From the IMG/VR virus record IMGVR_UViG_3300042895_001344, positions 62,001-126,000 of that record: DNA of 64,000 bases; one strand, written 5' to 3'. Below are positions 19,012-28,431 of the stretch, one piece after another (position 1 is the first letter of the stretch; each line of letters begins with the position of its first letter). A program made the translations under genes and the position numbers. The notes under the pieces were generated by a model. The model worked only from the letters and a program-made list of their open reading frames with translations, ran no database searches and was not told the origin of the DNA.

Positions 19012-19301
19012 TTAGATTCTTGTTCTTTTTTTAAGTTTTCTTTAACAATAAAATGTAGTTCCATTAACTGTGGCCCTCTATCTTTTTGTGTGATCCAATT
19101 ATCATAAAAACCGTGAATTGCTATTTTTTCATTTTTATGTGTTGTTTTAAGACTATCAATCGTAGATACGTTTTGTTTTTGAATTTTTTCTAATTTAGTC
19201 ACTCTACTTGAATTGCTACAAGACTTAAAAAAGAAGATGACTGTTAAAAAAATCAGTACCTGTAATTTATATGTTTTTATTAATTCGATTAACTTTTTCA
19301 T
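19008..19301 (-). CDS. Membrane-anchored/lipoprotein-like protein
   Basis: N-terminal TM followed by FKSCSN; TATTTATA at 19315-19322. Confidence 0.65.
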   Translation of the reverse strand: MKKLIELIKTYKLQVLIFLTVIFFFKSCSNSSRVTKLEKIQKQNVSTIDSLKTTHKNEKIAIHGFYDNWITQKDRGPQLMELHFIVKENLKKEQESK

Positions 19302-19313
19302 AATATTATATTT

Positions 19314-20123
19314 TTATAAATAGTTTAATAGACCAAAACTCTCGTTTCTAAGCTTTTTAATGGCCTTATCACGTAATTGTCTAATACGTTCTTTTGTACA
19401 ACCGTATTCCTCCCCCAAGTCCTCTAAGTTTGATTCAACACCTGTTAGACCATAATATCTCTCAATAATAACTCTTTCTCTTTCATCTAAGACACTTAAC
19501 ATTGCTGAAACTTTTTTCTTTATTTCTTCAGGTGAGTTCATAATAGCATCAGGTCTTTCCGCTTCTTTGTTTGGAATAATATCAATTAGTTGATCTCCGT
19601 CTTCGTTTATTTCTCTATATAGACCAACACAGTATGGTAGACCACTTGACACCGGTTCTTCACTATTATTAATAAAGAAATTATCTTCTTGACTTAATTC
19701 TTCTTTTTTAGATTTCTGTGATTCTTGAACCAAATTTGACGGAAGACGTATAGTTCTTGCGTTTTCATTTAATGATGCCATTATTGATTGTCTAACCCAC
19801 CACACAGCGTATGATATAAATTTTAATCCACTTGTTGGATCAAATCTTTCCGCCGCCTTCATTAAACCAATATTACCTTCGGATATGATGTCCATAATAT
19901 CCATCCCTTGATTTTGAAACATTTTTGCAACTGATATAACAAATCTTAAATTACCTACAACCAACTCATCGTATAAAAATTTCTTTTCATGTTTAGTAAT
20001 TGTCTTATCATTAAGTCTTTCAAAAATAACCTCTTGTCTTTCATGTGATATAACAGGTATTCTACGAATGTCCTTTATGTACTGTTGTATTTCCTCGGTG
20101 TTGTTTAAGATGGATTTTTTCAT
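19314..20123 (-). CDS. RNA polymerase sigma-70 family factor (Bacteroidota RpoD-like)
   Basis: NLRFVISVAK, EGNIGLMKAAERFD, KFISYAVWWVRQ, region-4 HTH TKERIRQLRDKAIKKLR. Confidence 0.93.
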   Translation of the reverse strand: MKKSILNNTEEIQQYIKDIRRIPVISHERQEVIFERLNDKTITKHEKKFLYDELVVGNLRFVISVAKMFQNQGMDIMDIISEGNIGLMKAAERFDPTSGLKFISYAVWWVRQSIMASLNENARTIRLPSNLVQESQKSKKEELSQEDNFFINNSEEPVSSGLPYCVGLYREINEDGDQLIDIIPNKEAERPDAIMNSPEEIKKKVSAMLSVLDERERVIIERYYGLTGVESNLEDLGEEYGCTKERIRQLRDKAIKKLRNESFGLLNYL

Positions 20124-20168
20124 GTGGTTGGTGTTTAATTGTGTATATATAAAAATAAGTAAAAAATA

Positions 20169-20624
20169 TTACTTTTCAAAATTGTCTAAGAACTTTTTTT
20201 CCTCTTCAGTTAGACTTTCAATCCCATATAGGTCAATTTTATCTAATACGTCGTCTAATTCTAATCTTTCTCGTTGTACCTCAGTATGTTTTTCGTATTC
20301 AACTTTAATCATTAATGGATCAGAGGTTGCTGGTTTAAAAATAAAATCATTAATTGTTTCAGGTAGATAAACACTAACTATAGAAGTTTTTTCAATTAGA
20401 AAATAAAATTTAACACTATCGTTTTTTGATAACAAATGTATTTCATCGGATAATACCCCGTGGTCTTCATTAGAATCAAACATAACAATTATGTTTTGAT
20501 TATTTTCAATAACATATCTAACAGTCCAAACAAATGGTGATTTACCTAATATTTCTAAACAAAAAAATTCTATATCTTGGTGGTCATCAAAAACACCATA
20601 TATGAATAACAAATATGATCTCAT
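20169..20624 (-). CDS. Hypothetical protein with C-terminal LDxxLDKIxxxGxxSLTxEE motif
   Basis: C-terminal motif resembles the tail of Bacteroidota rhomboid proteins (DUF6576-like). Confidence 0.65.
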   Translation of the reverse strand: MRSYLLFIYGVFDDHQDIEFFCLEILGKSPFVWTVRYVIENNQNIIVMFDSNEDHGVLSDEIHLLSKNDSVKFYFLIEKTSIVSVYLPETINDFIFKPATSDPLMIKVEYEKHTEVQRERLELDDVLDKIDLYGIESLTEEEKKFLDNFEK

Positions 20625-20630
20625 ATTAGT

Positions 20631-21278
20631 TTATTTCTTACGATTTACGTTCCAATAAACACCTCCACCAATAAACGGAACTAATTGACCACTAGTTCCA
20701 TCAGGCCCTACTTTATTTGATACTCCAATACCAATCTTATATAAATGTTTAGCATCTTTATCTTTTATAATAAAACCTAAACCAATAAGATTGATAACAT
20801 TTGGTTTATCTAACTTAGCATCAATACCAAAATAATATAAATTTTTTCTTGCGTCCCCTAAGAATGTTGTATCTCTAACTACTTTTTGTTTGATATCGCT
20901 TTTAAATGAACGACCTAACACCCTACCATTTGATATGGTATCAAACACAGTTACGGTTCCAACGTTGTTTGGTAATTTAAGAATGTCTTTCTTAAACATT
21001 TTCATTCCGATTGAATTTAAAATTGCATTGGTATCAATTGGGTTAGTTACTGTAAAAGTATCATGAACCGCATATGGAATTTGTACTTCCACAGGTATTT
21101 CTACTTCAATGGGAACTTCAATACCAACTGTATCATGAACGGGAACTTCATATCCCACCGTATCATGTATAGTAATCGTTCTATGTGGCATAATACCTTT
21201 TGGGTTTACGAATTCCACAATAGCCACACCAATCAATAATACAATTATTATATTTCTAATGTCTAAGATGTGTTTCAT
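20631..21278 (-). CDS. Membrane-anchored exported protein with HDT/EVP repeats and beta-rich C-terminus
   Basis: N-terminal TM; C-terminal FIGGGVYW beta strand. Confidence 0.7.
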   Translation of the reverse strand: MKHILDIRNIIIVLLIGVAIVEFVNPKGIMPHRTITIHDTVGYEVPVHDTVGIEVPIEVEIPVEVQIPYAVHDTFTVTNPIDTNAILNSIGMKMFKKDILKLPNNVGTVTVFDTISNGRVLGRSFKSDIKQKVVRDTTFLGDARKNLYYFGIDAKLDKPNVINLIGLGFIIKDKDAKHLYKIGIGVSNKVGPDGTSGQLVPFIGGGVYWNVNRKK

Positions 21279-21280
21279 AT

Positions 21281-21706
21281 TTATTTAAGAAGATATAAAG
21301 ATGTCATAATTATTCCAGCAAAAGATCCAACCTTATAAAGGAATGTTTTTCTTCTTTGTCCTTTTAATTCTTTTAATAGACTTTCAGATTTTTGTCTTTC
21401 TAATCCAAATTGTTCATCTTTCTTATTGATAATCACCTCTAAATTAGAAATTTTTTGGTCTTTTAATGTATCTTTTTGTTTAAATAAATTAATTTGTTGG
21501 TCTTTTAAACCAATGACATTATTTAATTCAACAATCTCTAATTTTGTACCATCATAACGAATTAAGTCTTGGTAAACTAATCTAGCGACTTTTGTTGATA
21601 TGGTAACTTTAGTAGTGTCTAATACAATAACTTTAGTTGTATCTGTTTGTGAATAACTGCTCAAGCTCAAGATTACCAATAGTAGTAATAGCGTTAACTT
21701 TTTCAT
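21281..21706 (-). CDS. Secreted coiled-coil protein with C-terminal TM (spanin-like candidate)
   Basis: Signal peptide MKKLTLLLLLVILSLSSYS/Q; heptad repeats. Confidence 0.65.
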   Translation of the reverse strand: MKKLTLLLLLVILSLSSYSQTDTTKVIVLDTTKVTISTKVARLVYQDLIRYDGTKLEIVELNNVIGLKDQQINLFKQKDTLKDQKISNLEVIINKKDEQFGLERQKSESLLKELKGQRRKTFLYKVGSFAGIIMTSLYLLK

Positions 21707-21968
21707 CTGTGTTGTTTTTAATAATAGTTATGTTTTTTGTAACGTTATCGATTTCTTTATCGACATTAACAATGTGATTATCAACCTTTTCAATTTGATT
21801 GTCAATTTCTTTATTTGCAGTGTAAACTGAATCGATCTCCTTTTGTAAGGATTCAATTTTAGCATTATACCCTGCAACGTCGGTTTTTATACCTTGATTT
21901 TGGAATATGGTATAAGCGGCTAAACAAGCAATCAAAACTAATAGGATATTTGTTTTATCAATCTTCAT
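21633..21968 (-). CDS. TM-anchored coiled-coil protein (i-spanin-like candidate)
   Basis: N-terminal TM then KEID heptads; TATTTATA at 21983-21990. Confidence 0.65.
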   Translation of the reverse strand: MKIDKTNILLVLIACLAAYTIFQNQGIKTDVAGYNAKIESLQKEIDSVYTANKEIDNQIEKVDNHIVNVDKEIDNVTKNITIIKNNTDEKVNAITTIGNLELEQLFTNRYN

Positions 21969-21995
21969 ATTATATGTTTTATTATAAATATGAAG

Positions 21996-22017
21996 AAAGG
22001 GGGTTTTATCCCCCTTT
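21996..22017 (-). terminator. Hairpin terminator after clpP
   Basis: AAAGGGGG-TTTTAT-CCCCCTTT. Confidence 0.7.
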
Positions 22018-22021
22018 GACT

Positions 22022-22699
22022 TTATTTCTTCTTTTTACCCACAATTTCATCGATGATACCGTAGGAAAGTGCTTGTTCCGCATCTAACCATAGGTCACGA
22101 CTTGCATCGTTTTTAACTTGTTCTGCTGATTTTCCACAGTACCCACCCAATAATTCAAATAGGATGTTGTTCACTTTTCTCCACTCAATCATACTGATTT
22201 CAGCGTCTTGGATATTTCCAACCGCTCCACCTGAAGATTGGTGTAACATTGTTTGAGAGAACCTCAACGAACCTCTTTTACCTTTGGTACCTGCACCTAA
22301 TAGGACTGAACCCATTGAAGCTGCCATACCTGTATTAATAGTTCTAATGTCTGATTTGATATAATCCATTACATCTACCATAGAAAGACCTGACTTAACA
22401 GATCCACCGGGACTGTCGATGTGCATTGTAATATCGTTACTGTCGATACTGTCTAAGAACATTAACTGAGCCTGAACAATGGTGGACATATGATCGTCCA
22501 CACCACCTGCAACCCAAATGATACGTTCCATCATCAAACGTGAGAACACGTCCATAACGGTTACATTTAAGGTTCGTTCCTCTAAGATGTAAGGAGTTAA
22601 ACTGTTTTCTACTTTTTGGTTATAATAGTCCAATTTCAACGAACTAATACCCTTGTCTTTTGCGTAAAGACCAAACTGTTGGTAATCTTTTGGTGTCAT
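22022..22699 (-). CDS. clpP: ATP-dependent Clp protease proteolytic subunit
   Basis: DVFSRLMMERII, IDSPGG, AASMG (Ser), MLHQ (His), RDLWL (Asp). Confidence 0.95.
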   Translation of the reverse strand: MTPKDYQQFGLYAKDKGISSLKLDYYNQKVENSLTPYILEERTLNVTVMDVFSRLMMERIIWVAGGVDDHMSTIVQAQLMFLDSIDSNDITMHIDSPGGSVKSGLSMVDVMDYIKSDIRTINTGMAASMGSVLLGAGTKGKRGSLRFSQTMLHQSSGGAVGNIQDAEISMIEWRKVNNILFELLGGYCGKSAEQVKNDASRDLWLDAEQALSYGIIDEIVGKKKK

Positions 22700-22716
22700 A
22701 AATTTAGTTTATAGGA

Positions 22717-22724
22717 CAAATATA
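22717..22724 (-). promoter_or_regulatory. Bacteroidota-type -7 promoter box TATATTTG
   Basis: 17 nt upstream of the clpP ATG. Confidence 0.55.
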
Positions 22725-22740
22725 ATTAAGATATTCGAAA

Positions 22741-25077
22741 CTAAGAAATTTTTGTTGTAATAAAATCCACGGAAGAGACATTCTCCTCTTTTTTAATCAT
22801 AATGATATTATCCGACCAGTTACGTATTAAAGAATTATGTGATATAACAAGAATATGGTCAAAATAATTTTTAATCTTTTTAAAGAACTCACCCACCATT
22901 TCAAGGTTCTCATCTGCAATCTTACCGAATACTTCATCCATTACAACTATATTGGGCTTAGGTAATGATGATATCTTGGTCAATACACTACGAAGTGCTA
23001 ATGAGGATATGGTTCTTTCATAACCAGAACCCGCATTAAGGGGTTTAACGATTCGGGTCTCAGTATCTATCATAATAAATTCAACCTCATTCTTATCGTT
23101 TATATTCATCTCTAAAATGAAATGACAACTATCAACTAACAAACGATATAACTCCTGATTAATTAATGGAATCATATTTTTAAGAATAATTTTGGATATA
23201 CCGTTTTTACCATATACAGTTAAGTATATTTTAAACACAGCGGATAATTCTTCCTCAGCTGTAATCTTTTTAATTAACTCCTCATTAATACCAATCTTCT
23301 CATTCATGTTTGTAATGTTGTTGGTATGTTTTTCTATATTCGTATTTGTTTGTCTAATGTCTCCGTTAGCGGTTTCTATTTTAGTTTTAAGTGCAATTAC
23401 TTCCGCATCAATTTTTTGATTCTCCTCAAGTTTATTTTTATTACTTTCGTAATTGTCTAATCTTTTTTGTTTACTATCAATTTCCAATTGTTTTTGTTCA
23501 ACCTCTAACTCATATCTTTCTTTACGAAGTTTATTTCTTTCGTAATTTTCAAATTCAGTTTTTAATTTATCAAACCCTTCAGATTGTTCCTTTAATAAAT
23601 CAAATTGATTTTGATTTAATTCCATCTCTTTAATGATGTCTTCAATTTCCTTTTTAATCTTTTCAATTTCATCAGTATGATCTACTTCATCTAATGCTCT
23701 ATTACAAGTAGGACAAACTGTTCCTTCTTCAAATTGTTTAATTAGTTTTTCTCTTTGAGTCTTTTCATGTTTGGATACAACATCAATTCCTTGGAGATTT
23801 GCCATTTCACCTTTTAACTCTTTGTGTTGGTCTTCGTTATAAAATTGTGACGGTTCAACAACACTAACTCCGTCGGCGTTTATTTGACTTACATTTTTTT
23901 GAGTTAATAAAAAAATAACTTCTCTTTGTAATAAAACTAGATTGGTATTAATAAGTTCCCTATCTACGTCGTTGTTTCTTTTTAAAAATACTTCGTCTCT
24001 TTTCTTTTCTAACTTTGTTAATTCTTTTTCAAACTTACCTAATTCTTTTGTCAATCTAACAATCTCACTTTCAGAATTAGTAATACTTTCTTTGTGTGTT
24101 TCATTATCAGATTCTAAACTAACTTTGTTATATGTGTTAGATACTAATTTCTTAGACCAATCATTATACATCTCTTTAGCAATTTCTTCTTTTGCTTTAA
24201 GACTTTCTAATCCCATGAACTTTGTTAATATCTGTCCACGAGCTGTGGGTTTAGATTCAATAAGTTCTTCTAAGTTATAACCTGTTGTTAATATAGTTGA
24301 TAAGAAATCTTCTTGTGTTCCAATTGCAGACGATATAAATGCTTCCGTCTCTCTTCTTTGTTCACCGGATAAATTTACAATGGATCCATCTTCAGCTTTC
24401 TTAAAAAATTCTAAGTCATTCTTAACCGTGTATTCACCTGACTTACTCATCTTACGAGATGTCTTTCTCTCAATTACATAATCATCTCCATCAATTGTAA
24501 TCTCACCACGAACACTCACATCATTCTTATCGGTAAATCTATTAAAGATTTCTCCGTTAGTTTTAGTTTTAGTTGTTGTGTTGAAGAATAAGAACATTAA
24601 AAGATCTACTGATGATGTAGACTTACCACCAAAGTTCTTTGGTGTGGATTCAATTACCGTAATACCGTCCAACCCAGTAAAATCAATAACGTTATTATCT
24701 CCGAATGATAGAAAATTAGAAAACTCCACTTTCCTAATATACCATTTATTATATCTAACTTTGTTTTCATTTAATTTATCTATTTGGGAATTTACTTTAT
24801 TATCTAATCTTTCCATTAACTCCTCCTTAATGATTATTTCATTATCGGAAAGAAAATCTTTCATCAATTTCTTTTGATATTGATGATCTAAAATATTGTC
24901 CGACGCTTCTAAAGACTCTAAACGTGTTTGATTAACATTAGTTAAAGTTTTTGTTATTACCTGAACGGTCTTTGCATTATACTTTTTCTCAAAATAAGAT
25001 TTTACCCTTCTGATTTTCTCAGGGGTGAAATTCTCAGGTACATCTTCCCAAGTTACTTTTATAAAAGGATTACTCAT
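22741..25077 (-). CDS. Rad50/SbcC (T4 gp46-like) recombination ATPase
   Basis: FSNFLSFG, NFGGKST Walker A, coiled coils, CPTC zinc hook, GSGYE signature, VMDE Walker B, ISH. Confidence 0.92.
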   Translation of the reverse strand: MSNPFIKVTWEDVPENFTPEKIRRVKSYFEKKYNAKTVQVITKTLTNVNQTRLESLEASDNILDHQYQKKLMKDFLSDNEIIIKEELMERLDNKVNSQIDKLNENKVRYNKWYIRKVEFSNFLSFGDNNVIDFTGLDGITVIESTPKNFGGKSTSSVDLLMFLFFNTTTKTKTNGEIFNRFTDKNDVSVRGEITIDGDDYVIERKTSRKMSKSGEYTVKNDLEFFKKAEDGSIVNLSGEQRRETEAFISSAIGTQEDFLSTILTTGYNLEELIESKPTARGQILTKFMGLESLKAKEEIAKEMYNDWSKKLVSNTYNKVSLESDNETHKESITNSESEIVRLTKELGKFEKELTKLEKKRDEVFLKRNNDVDRELINTNLVLLQREVIFLLTQKNVSQINADGVSVVEPSQFYNEDQHKELKGEMANLQGIDVVSKHEKTQREKLIKQFEEGTVCPTCNRALDEVDHTDEIEKIKKEIEDIIKEMELNQNQFDLLKEQSEGFDKLKTEFENYERNKLRKERYELEVEQKQLEIDSKQKRLDNYESNKNKLEENQKIDAEVIALKTKIETANGDIRQTNTNIEKHTNNITNMNEKIGINEELIKKITAEEELSAVFKIYLTVYGKNGISKIILKNMIPLINQELYRLLVDSCHFILEMNINDKNEVEFIMIDTETRIVKPLNAGSGYERTISSLALRSVLTKISSLPKPNIVVMDEVFGKIADENLEMVGEFFKKIKNYFDHILVISHNSLIRNWSDNIIMIKKEENVSSVDFITTKIS

Positions 25078-26182
25078 TAGTTTTTATTTCATCAATGAAA
25101 CCATTATTAATTAATACACCTTGTATTAAATCTGATCTTAAATTAAACGCTCCGTTTGTTGATTTAAAAGATACTTTAGACCAATCGGTATTAGTAAGTA
25201 AATTAAAAATATTTTCTTTATTTTTTAATATGACAATACCATATCCAGTTTTTTTAGGTAATGATAAAAAATTATCATGTATCCTCATATTATCCTGACC
25301 AAAACAAGTCAATGGAAGATATATATCACATTTATCTAACATATTTTTATTTCTGGTTGTTGCAATTGTTCCTCCATTAGACAACGAATATAATTTTATA
25401 TAATCATTACATGTTCTACTATCTTTTTCAATTTTAAAACTCTTAGACCATATTTGAAATATGACATTAACCTTAACTTCTTTTCCATCGGGAAAATAAA
25501 AATGAGGATTAATGTTTGAACTATATATTAAATTCAACCCTTCTACTCTTGATTTAGTTGATCCCTTACCGTCGCTATCAAATAGTTGTGGCAATATAAA
25601 ACCAACAAAATCTGCGTAATTTGAATGATTTAAAAATCTTAAAGCCAAATTTGATCTTAATCCGAATGGTGGGTTACCTAAAACCAAATATTTCTTATCC
25701 GTATCGGGTGACCATTTCAAATAATCTTTAATAACAATATTTTCTAAATTACTTTCAATGTCAATACCAACTCTTCTATCTTCAGGAAATAAATTATAAA
25801 AACTACCGTCCCCAACGGATGGTTCTACATATGTGTATTCTAATTCATCTACATCATGTTCTTTTAAAACCGTTTGGAAAAGATCAAAACATAATTTGGC
25901 AGTTTCTTTTGATGTAAAGAATTGATCTTTTTCTTTTGGAGTTAATGTTGATAGATCAACAGGTATACCCAACATTTCCGATAAATCAAATTTATAATAA
26001 TTGGGTACATTATCAAGATCAATCCATCTTTTTATTGTACCGTTATTAACATTGATATATTTTGATATATGTTTTATACCCTCAATCCCTAAACTAATTT
26101 TTTCTTTTTTTGTTTGTTCTTTAGTAAAAGTAATGTTAGAGTATTTTTCAATACATTTAAATAAAATATCTAAATTATCCAT
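25070..26182 (-). CDS. N6-adenine DNA methyltransferase with N-terminal HTH
   Basis: DQFFT, EPSVGDGSF, GIDIE, GNPPFG, FILP motifs; HTH-like IKHISKYINVNNGTIKRW. Confidence 0.85.
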   Translation of the reverse strand: MDNLDILFKCIEKYSNITFTKEQTKKEKISLGIEGIKHISKYINVNNGTIKRWIDLDNVPNYYKFDLSEMLGIPVDLSTLTPKEKDQFFTSKETAKLCFDLFQTVLKEHDVDELEYTYVEPSVGDGSFYNLFPEDRRVGIDIESNLENIVIKDYLKWSPDTDKKYLVLGNPPFGLRSNLALRFLNHSNYADFVGFILPQLFDSDGKGSTKSRVEGLNLIYSSNINPHFYFPDGKEVKVNVIFQIWSKSFKIEKDSRTCNDYIKLYSLSNGGTIATTRNKNMLDKCDIYLPLTCFGQDNMRIHDNFLSLPKKTGYGIVILKNKENIFNLLTNTDWSKVSFKSTNGAFNLRSDLIQGVLINNGFIDEIKTNE

Positions 26183-26870
26183 TAATAATTAAATGTTTTT
26201 CTAAAAATCTTTTTATTTGTTCATCTGTAGAATTATATATTTCTATTGTGTTTCCAAATCGAACTCCTTTATATAATGAACTAAGACTTAATGTTAATTT
26301 ACCAACATCAGTTCTTTTTCTTATACATAATTTAACATTAAAAACTTCGTGTGTTTCAATTGGATATAATTCTGAAGGATTAATAGATGTCATAAATATT
26401 TCATTTGGGGTGATAGACATTAATATATACTTATCACATACGTTTTCTTTAAACGTCTCATATTGAAATGTATTATTGTTTGTTCCAACTGTTGCAGTTT
26501 TAATTTCAGTCCTAACCGTTGTATTAGATTGTAATGGGTATATTTTCATATCGTAAATACCATCACCTTTATTTGTGTTTCTATCTCCATCGTATTCAAC
26601 AGTAAACGTTTTGGGGTAATTTTTAACGATTGATTCAACCATTAATTCCCCTACTTTTCCTACTGCATCTGAATTACCTAAACTTTTTATTTTTTCGTTT
26701 TTAGACCCTACCCATTTATTGCTGGTTTTAATTTTTTCAATTGATTCTAATAAAACATTACTACAACTATTATTTTTCGATGGTGTGTCTTGTTCAATTA
26801 TTTTTATTTGTTTTTCAATTTTTTGATTGTAAATCATTATATCCTCATCAGTTATTGTAATATTTGCCAT
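26175..26870 (-). CDS. Putative PD-(D/E)xK restriction endonuclease
   Basis: GKVGE...YDMKI...EIKTA...FQYE; overlaps the MTase gene. Confidence 0.6.
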   Translation of the reverse strand: MANITITDEDIMIYNQKIEKQIKIIEQDTPSKNNSCSNVLLESIEKIKTSNKWVGSKNEKIKSLGNSDAVGKVGELMVESIVKNYPKTFTVEYDGDRNTNKGDGIYDMKIYPLQSNTTVRTEIKTATVGTNNNTFQYETFKENVCDKYILMSITPNEIFMTSINPSELYPIETHEVFNVKLCIRKRTDVGKLTLSLSSLYKGVRFGNTIEIYNSTDEQIKRFLEKHLIING

Positions 26871-26877
26871 TTTATTT

Positions 26878-27192
26878 TTATTTTATTCTATTTTCTTCAA
26901 AAAACTCAATTATTGAATTTAGGCACCACACCGCTCCCGATGTAAAAACAGCATCAGCAAAAAGATTCCAAAATAAATTTGTTTGGAAATAGTGATTACA
27001 TAAACCACCTAACGCAAGTGACATTACCCAACCTAAGTGAAAACCCAAACATAGGGGACATGTCATAAGTTTATAAAAGAAAGAAGATTTAGTTTTTACC
27101 CATTCTCTCAAGTCTTCAAAGATTGTCGACCAAGAAATTATACACATACATCCGTAAGCGGCAAGGACCCAAAATAACATTATCATAATCAT
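26878..27192 (-). CDS. Small membrane protein with CxxC (DUF1360-like)
   Basis: IFEDLREW...LMTCPLCLGFHLG; hydrophobic. Confidence 0.65.
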   Translation of the reverse strand: MIMIMLFWVLAAYGCMCIISWSTIFEDLREWVKTKSSFFYKLMTCPLCLGFHLGWVMSLALGGLCNHYFQTNLFWNLFADAVFTSGAVWCLNSIIEFFEENRIK

Positions 27193-27217
27193 TAAATTTT
27201 TTATTATTATAAATTAA

Positions 27218-27253
27218 AATAACCCCCATATTAATTAAAATACAGGGGTTATT
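27218..27253 (-). terminator. Hairpin terminator
   Basis: AATAACCCC...GGGGTTATT inverted repeat after the 27259 stop. Confidence 0.55.
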
Positions 27254-27258
27254 CTATA

Positions 27259-27810
27259 TTAAAAGTTTGTATCTAAAATGTACACACCATCAATTAGGTT
27301 GTACACTTCAACATCTTCTCTTTTAAATGATCTCCATTCTTCAGGTTCACCTGTGGTAATCCATTTGGTTTGGAAATTTGCAACATGACATTTAGCGGGA
27401 TTTGCAAATGTTTCAGGTCTAATTAAAATAACCTGAGAAAAATCCACATTAGTTCTAATGTAAATATTTTTATCCCATCCTTGGTTTTTTTCGGGATTCC
27501 AATATTTGGATTTCCTCCACCAAGGGATGTTTACGGTTTTAAAACCTAAACCGCTTTTGTTATTGAGGCCCTTGTTTTCATCTGAGAAGAAATCACCAGT
27601 CCAATTTTTGGAATGTTCGATTTCTATTCCCCAAATAGGGTCTTCTTTGTACAATAAATCAATACCGTACTTATTTGGATTTGCAATCATTTCAAGTTCT
27701 AATGTTTCCATTGAGAATTTAATTATTGCATTTCTTGATGAGGAATCATCGAAACCTCCCGTGTTGTAGACTCTTGGTCTACCTGTAGCCATTGTTGACA
27801 TAAGATTCAT
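27259..27810 (-). CDS. Putative PD-(D/E)xK-fold nuclease
   Basis: NPNKYGIDLL...GIEIEH pattern. Confidence 0.5.
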   Translation of the reverse strand: MNLMSTMATGRPRVYNTGGFDDSSSRNAIIKFSMETLELEMIANPNKYGIDLLYKEDPIWGIEIEHSKNWTGDFFSDENKGLNNKSGLGFKTVNIPWWRKSKYWNPEKNQGWDKNIYIRTNVDFSQVILIRPETFANPAKCHVANFQTKWITTGEPEEWRSFKREDVEVYNLIDGVYILDTNF

Positions 27811-27897
27811 TTTTTTATATCATTTATTTATCATTTCTGATTATAATAAAGTATAAAGAAATTATCTCGTAAAAAAAAGTAAGTTGCCGGAAATATT

Positions 27898-28431
27898 TTA
27901 TTCATCATACAGTGATCCTAAGTCACTATTTTTAAGGTATCTACCTTTACCTAATCCACTTAAAGATTTAGTTATTTTTTCCAAATCAGATTTTAATTTA
28001 TCGTTTTCTTTCATCAACTTTTCTATCTCTTCGTTGTTGGTTATCTCTTTAATAACTTCCACAATTTTTTCAACAGGAACCTCTTTAATAACTTCTTTAG
28101 TTACGGTCTTGGTCTTACCCTTCTTTTCGACTACAACCTCTCTAATGACCTCTATTGGTACTTCTATTCTTACTTCCTTGATTACCTCTTTAATAACTTC
28201 AATAGGTACCTCTACAATTTTTTCAACTTCAACAATCACTTCCTTTATTACCTCTTTTGTGACTTCGACTATTTCTTTAGTTCTATTACCATTTGGTGTC
28301 TCACCATACTTTAACAAAGAAAACCCTCTATTGAAGGTTTCTTGTGCTAACTTATCTACATTATCTATTTTATTTAATTCACAATATTGAATAAACTCAT
28401 TATCCAAGATTAACGTGCTCTTCGGTTTCAT
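27898..28431 (-). CDS. Protein with EVIKEV/EKIVEVP charged repeats
   Basis: About 80 aa of V/I/E/K repeats then a coiled coil. Confidence 0.75.
   Translation of the reverse strand: MKPKSTLILDNEFIQYCELNKIDNVDKLAQETFNRGFSLLKYGETPNGNRTKEIVEVTKEVIKEVIVEVEKIVEVPIEVIKEVIKEVRIEVPIEVIREVVVEKKGKTKTVTKEVIKEVPVEKIVEVIKEITNNEEIEKLMKENDKLKSDLEKITKSLSGLGKGRYLKNSDLGSLYDE

Noticed and set aside
27884-28390. 168-aa + strand ORF
   Set aside because: Antisense shadow of the EVIKEV repeat gene.
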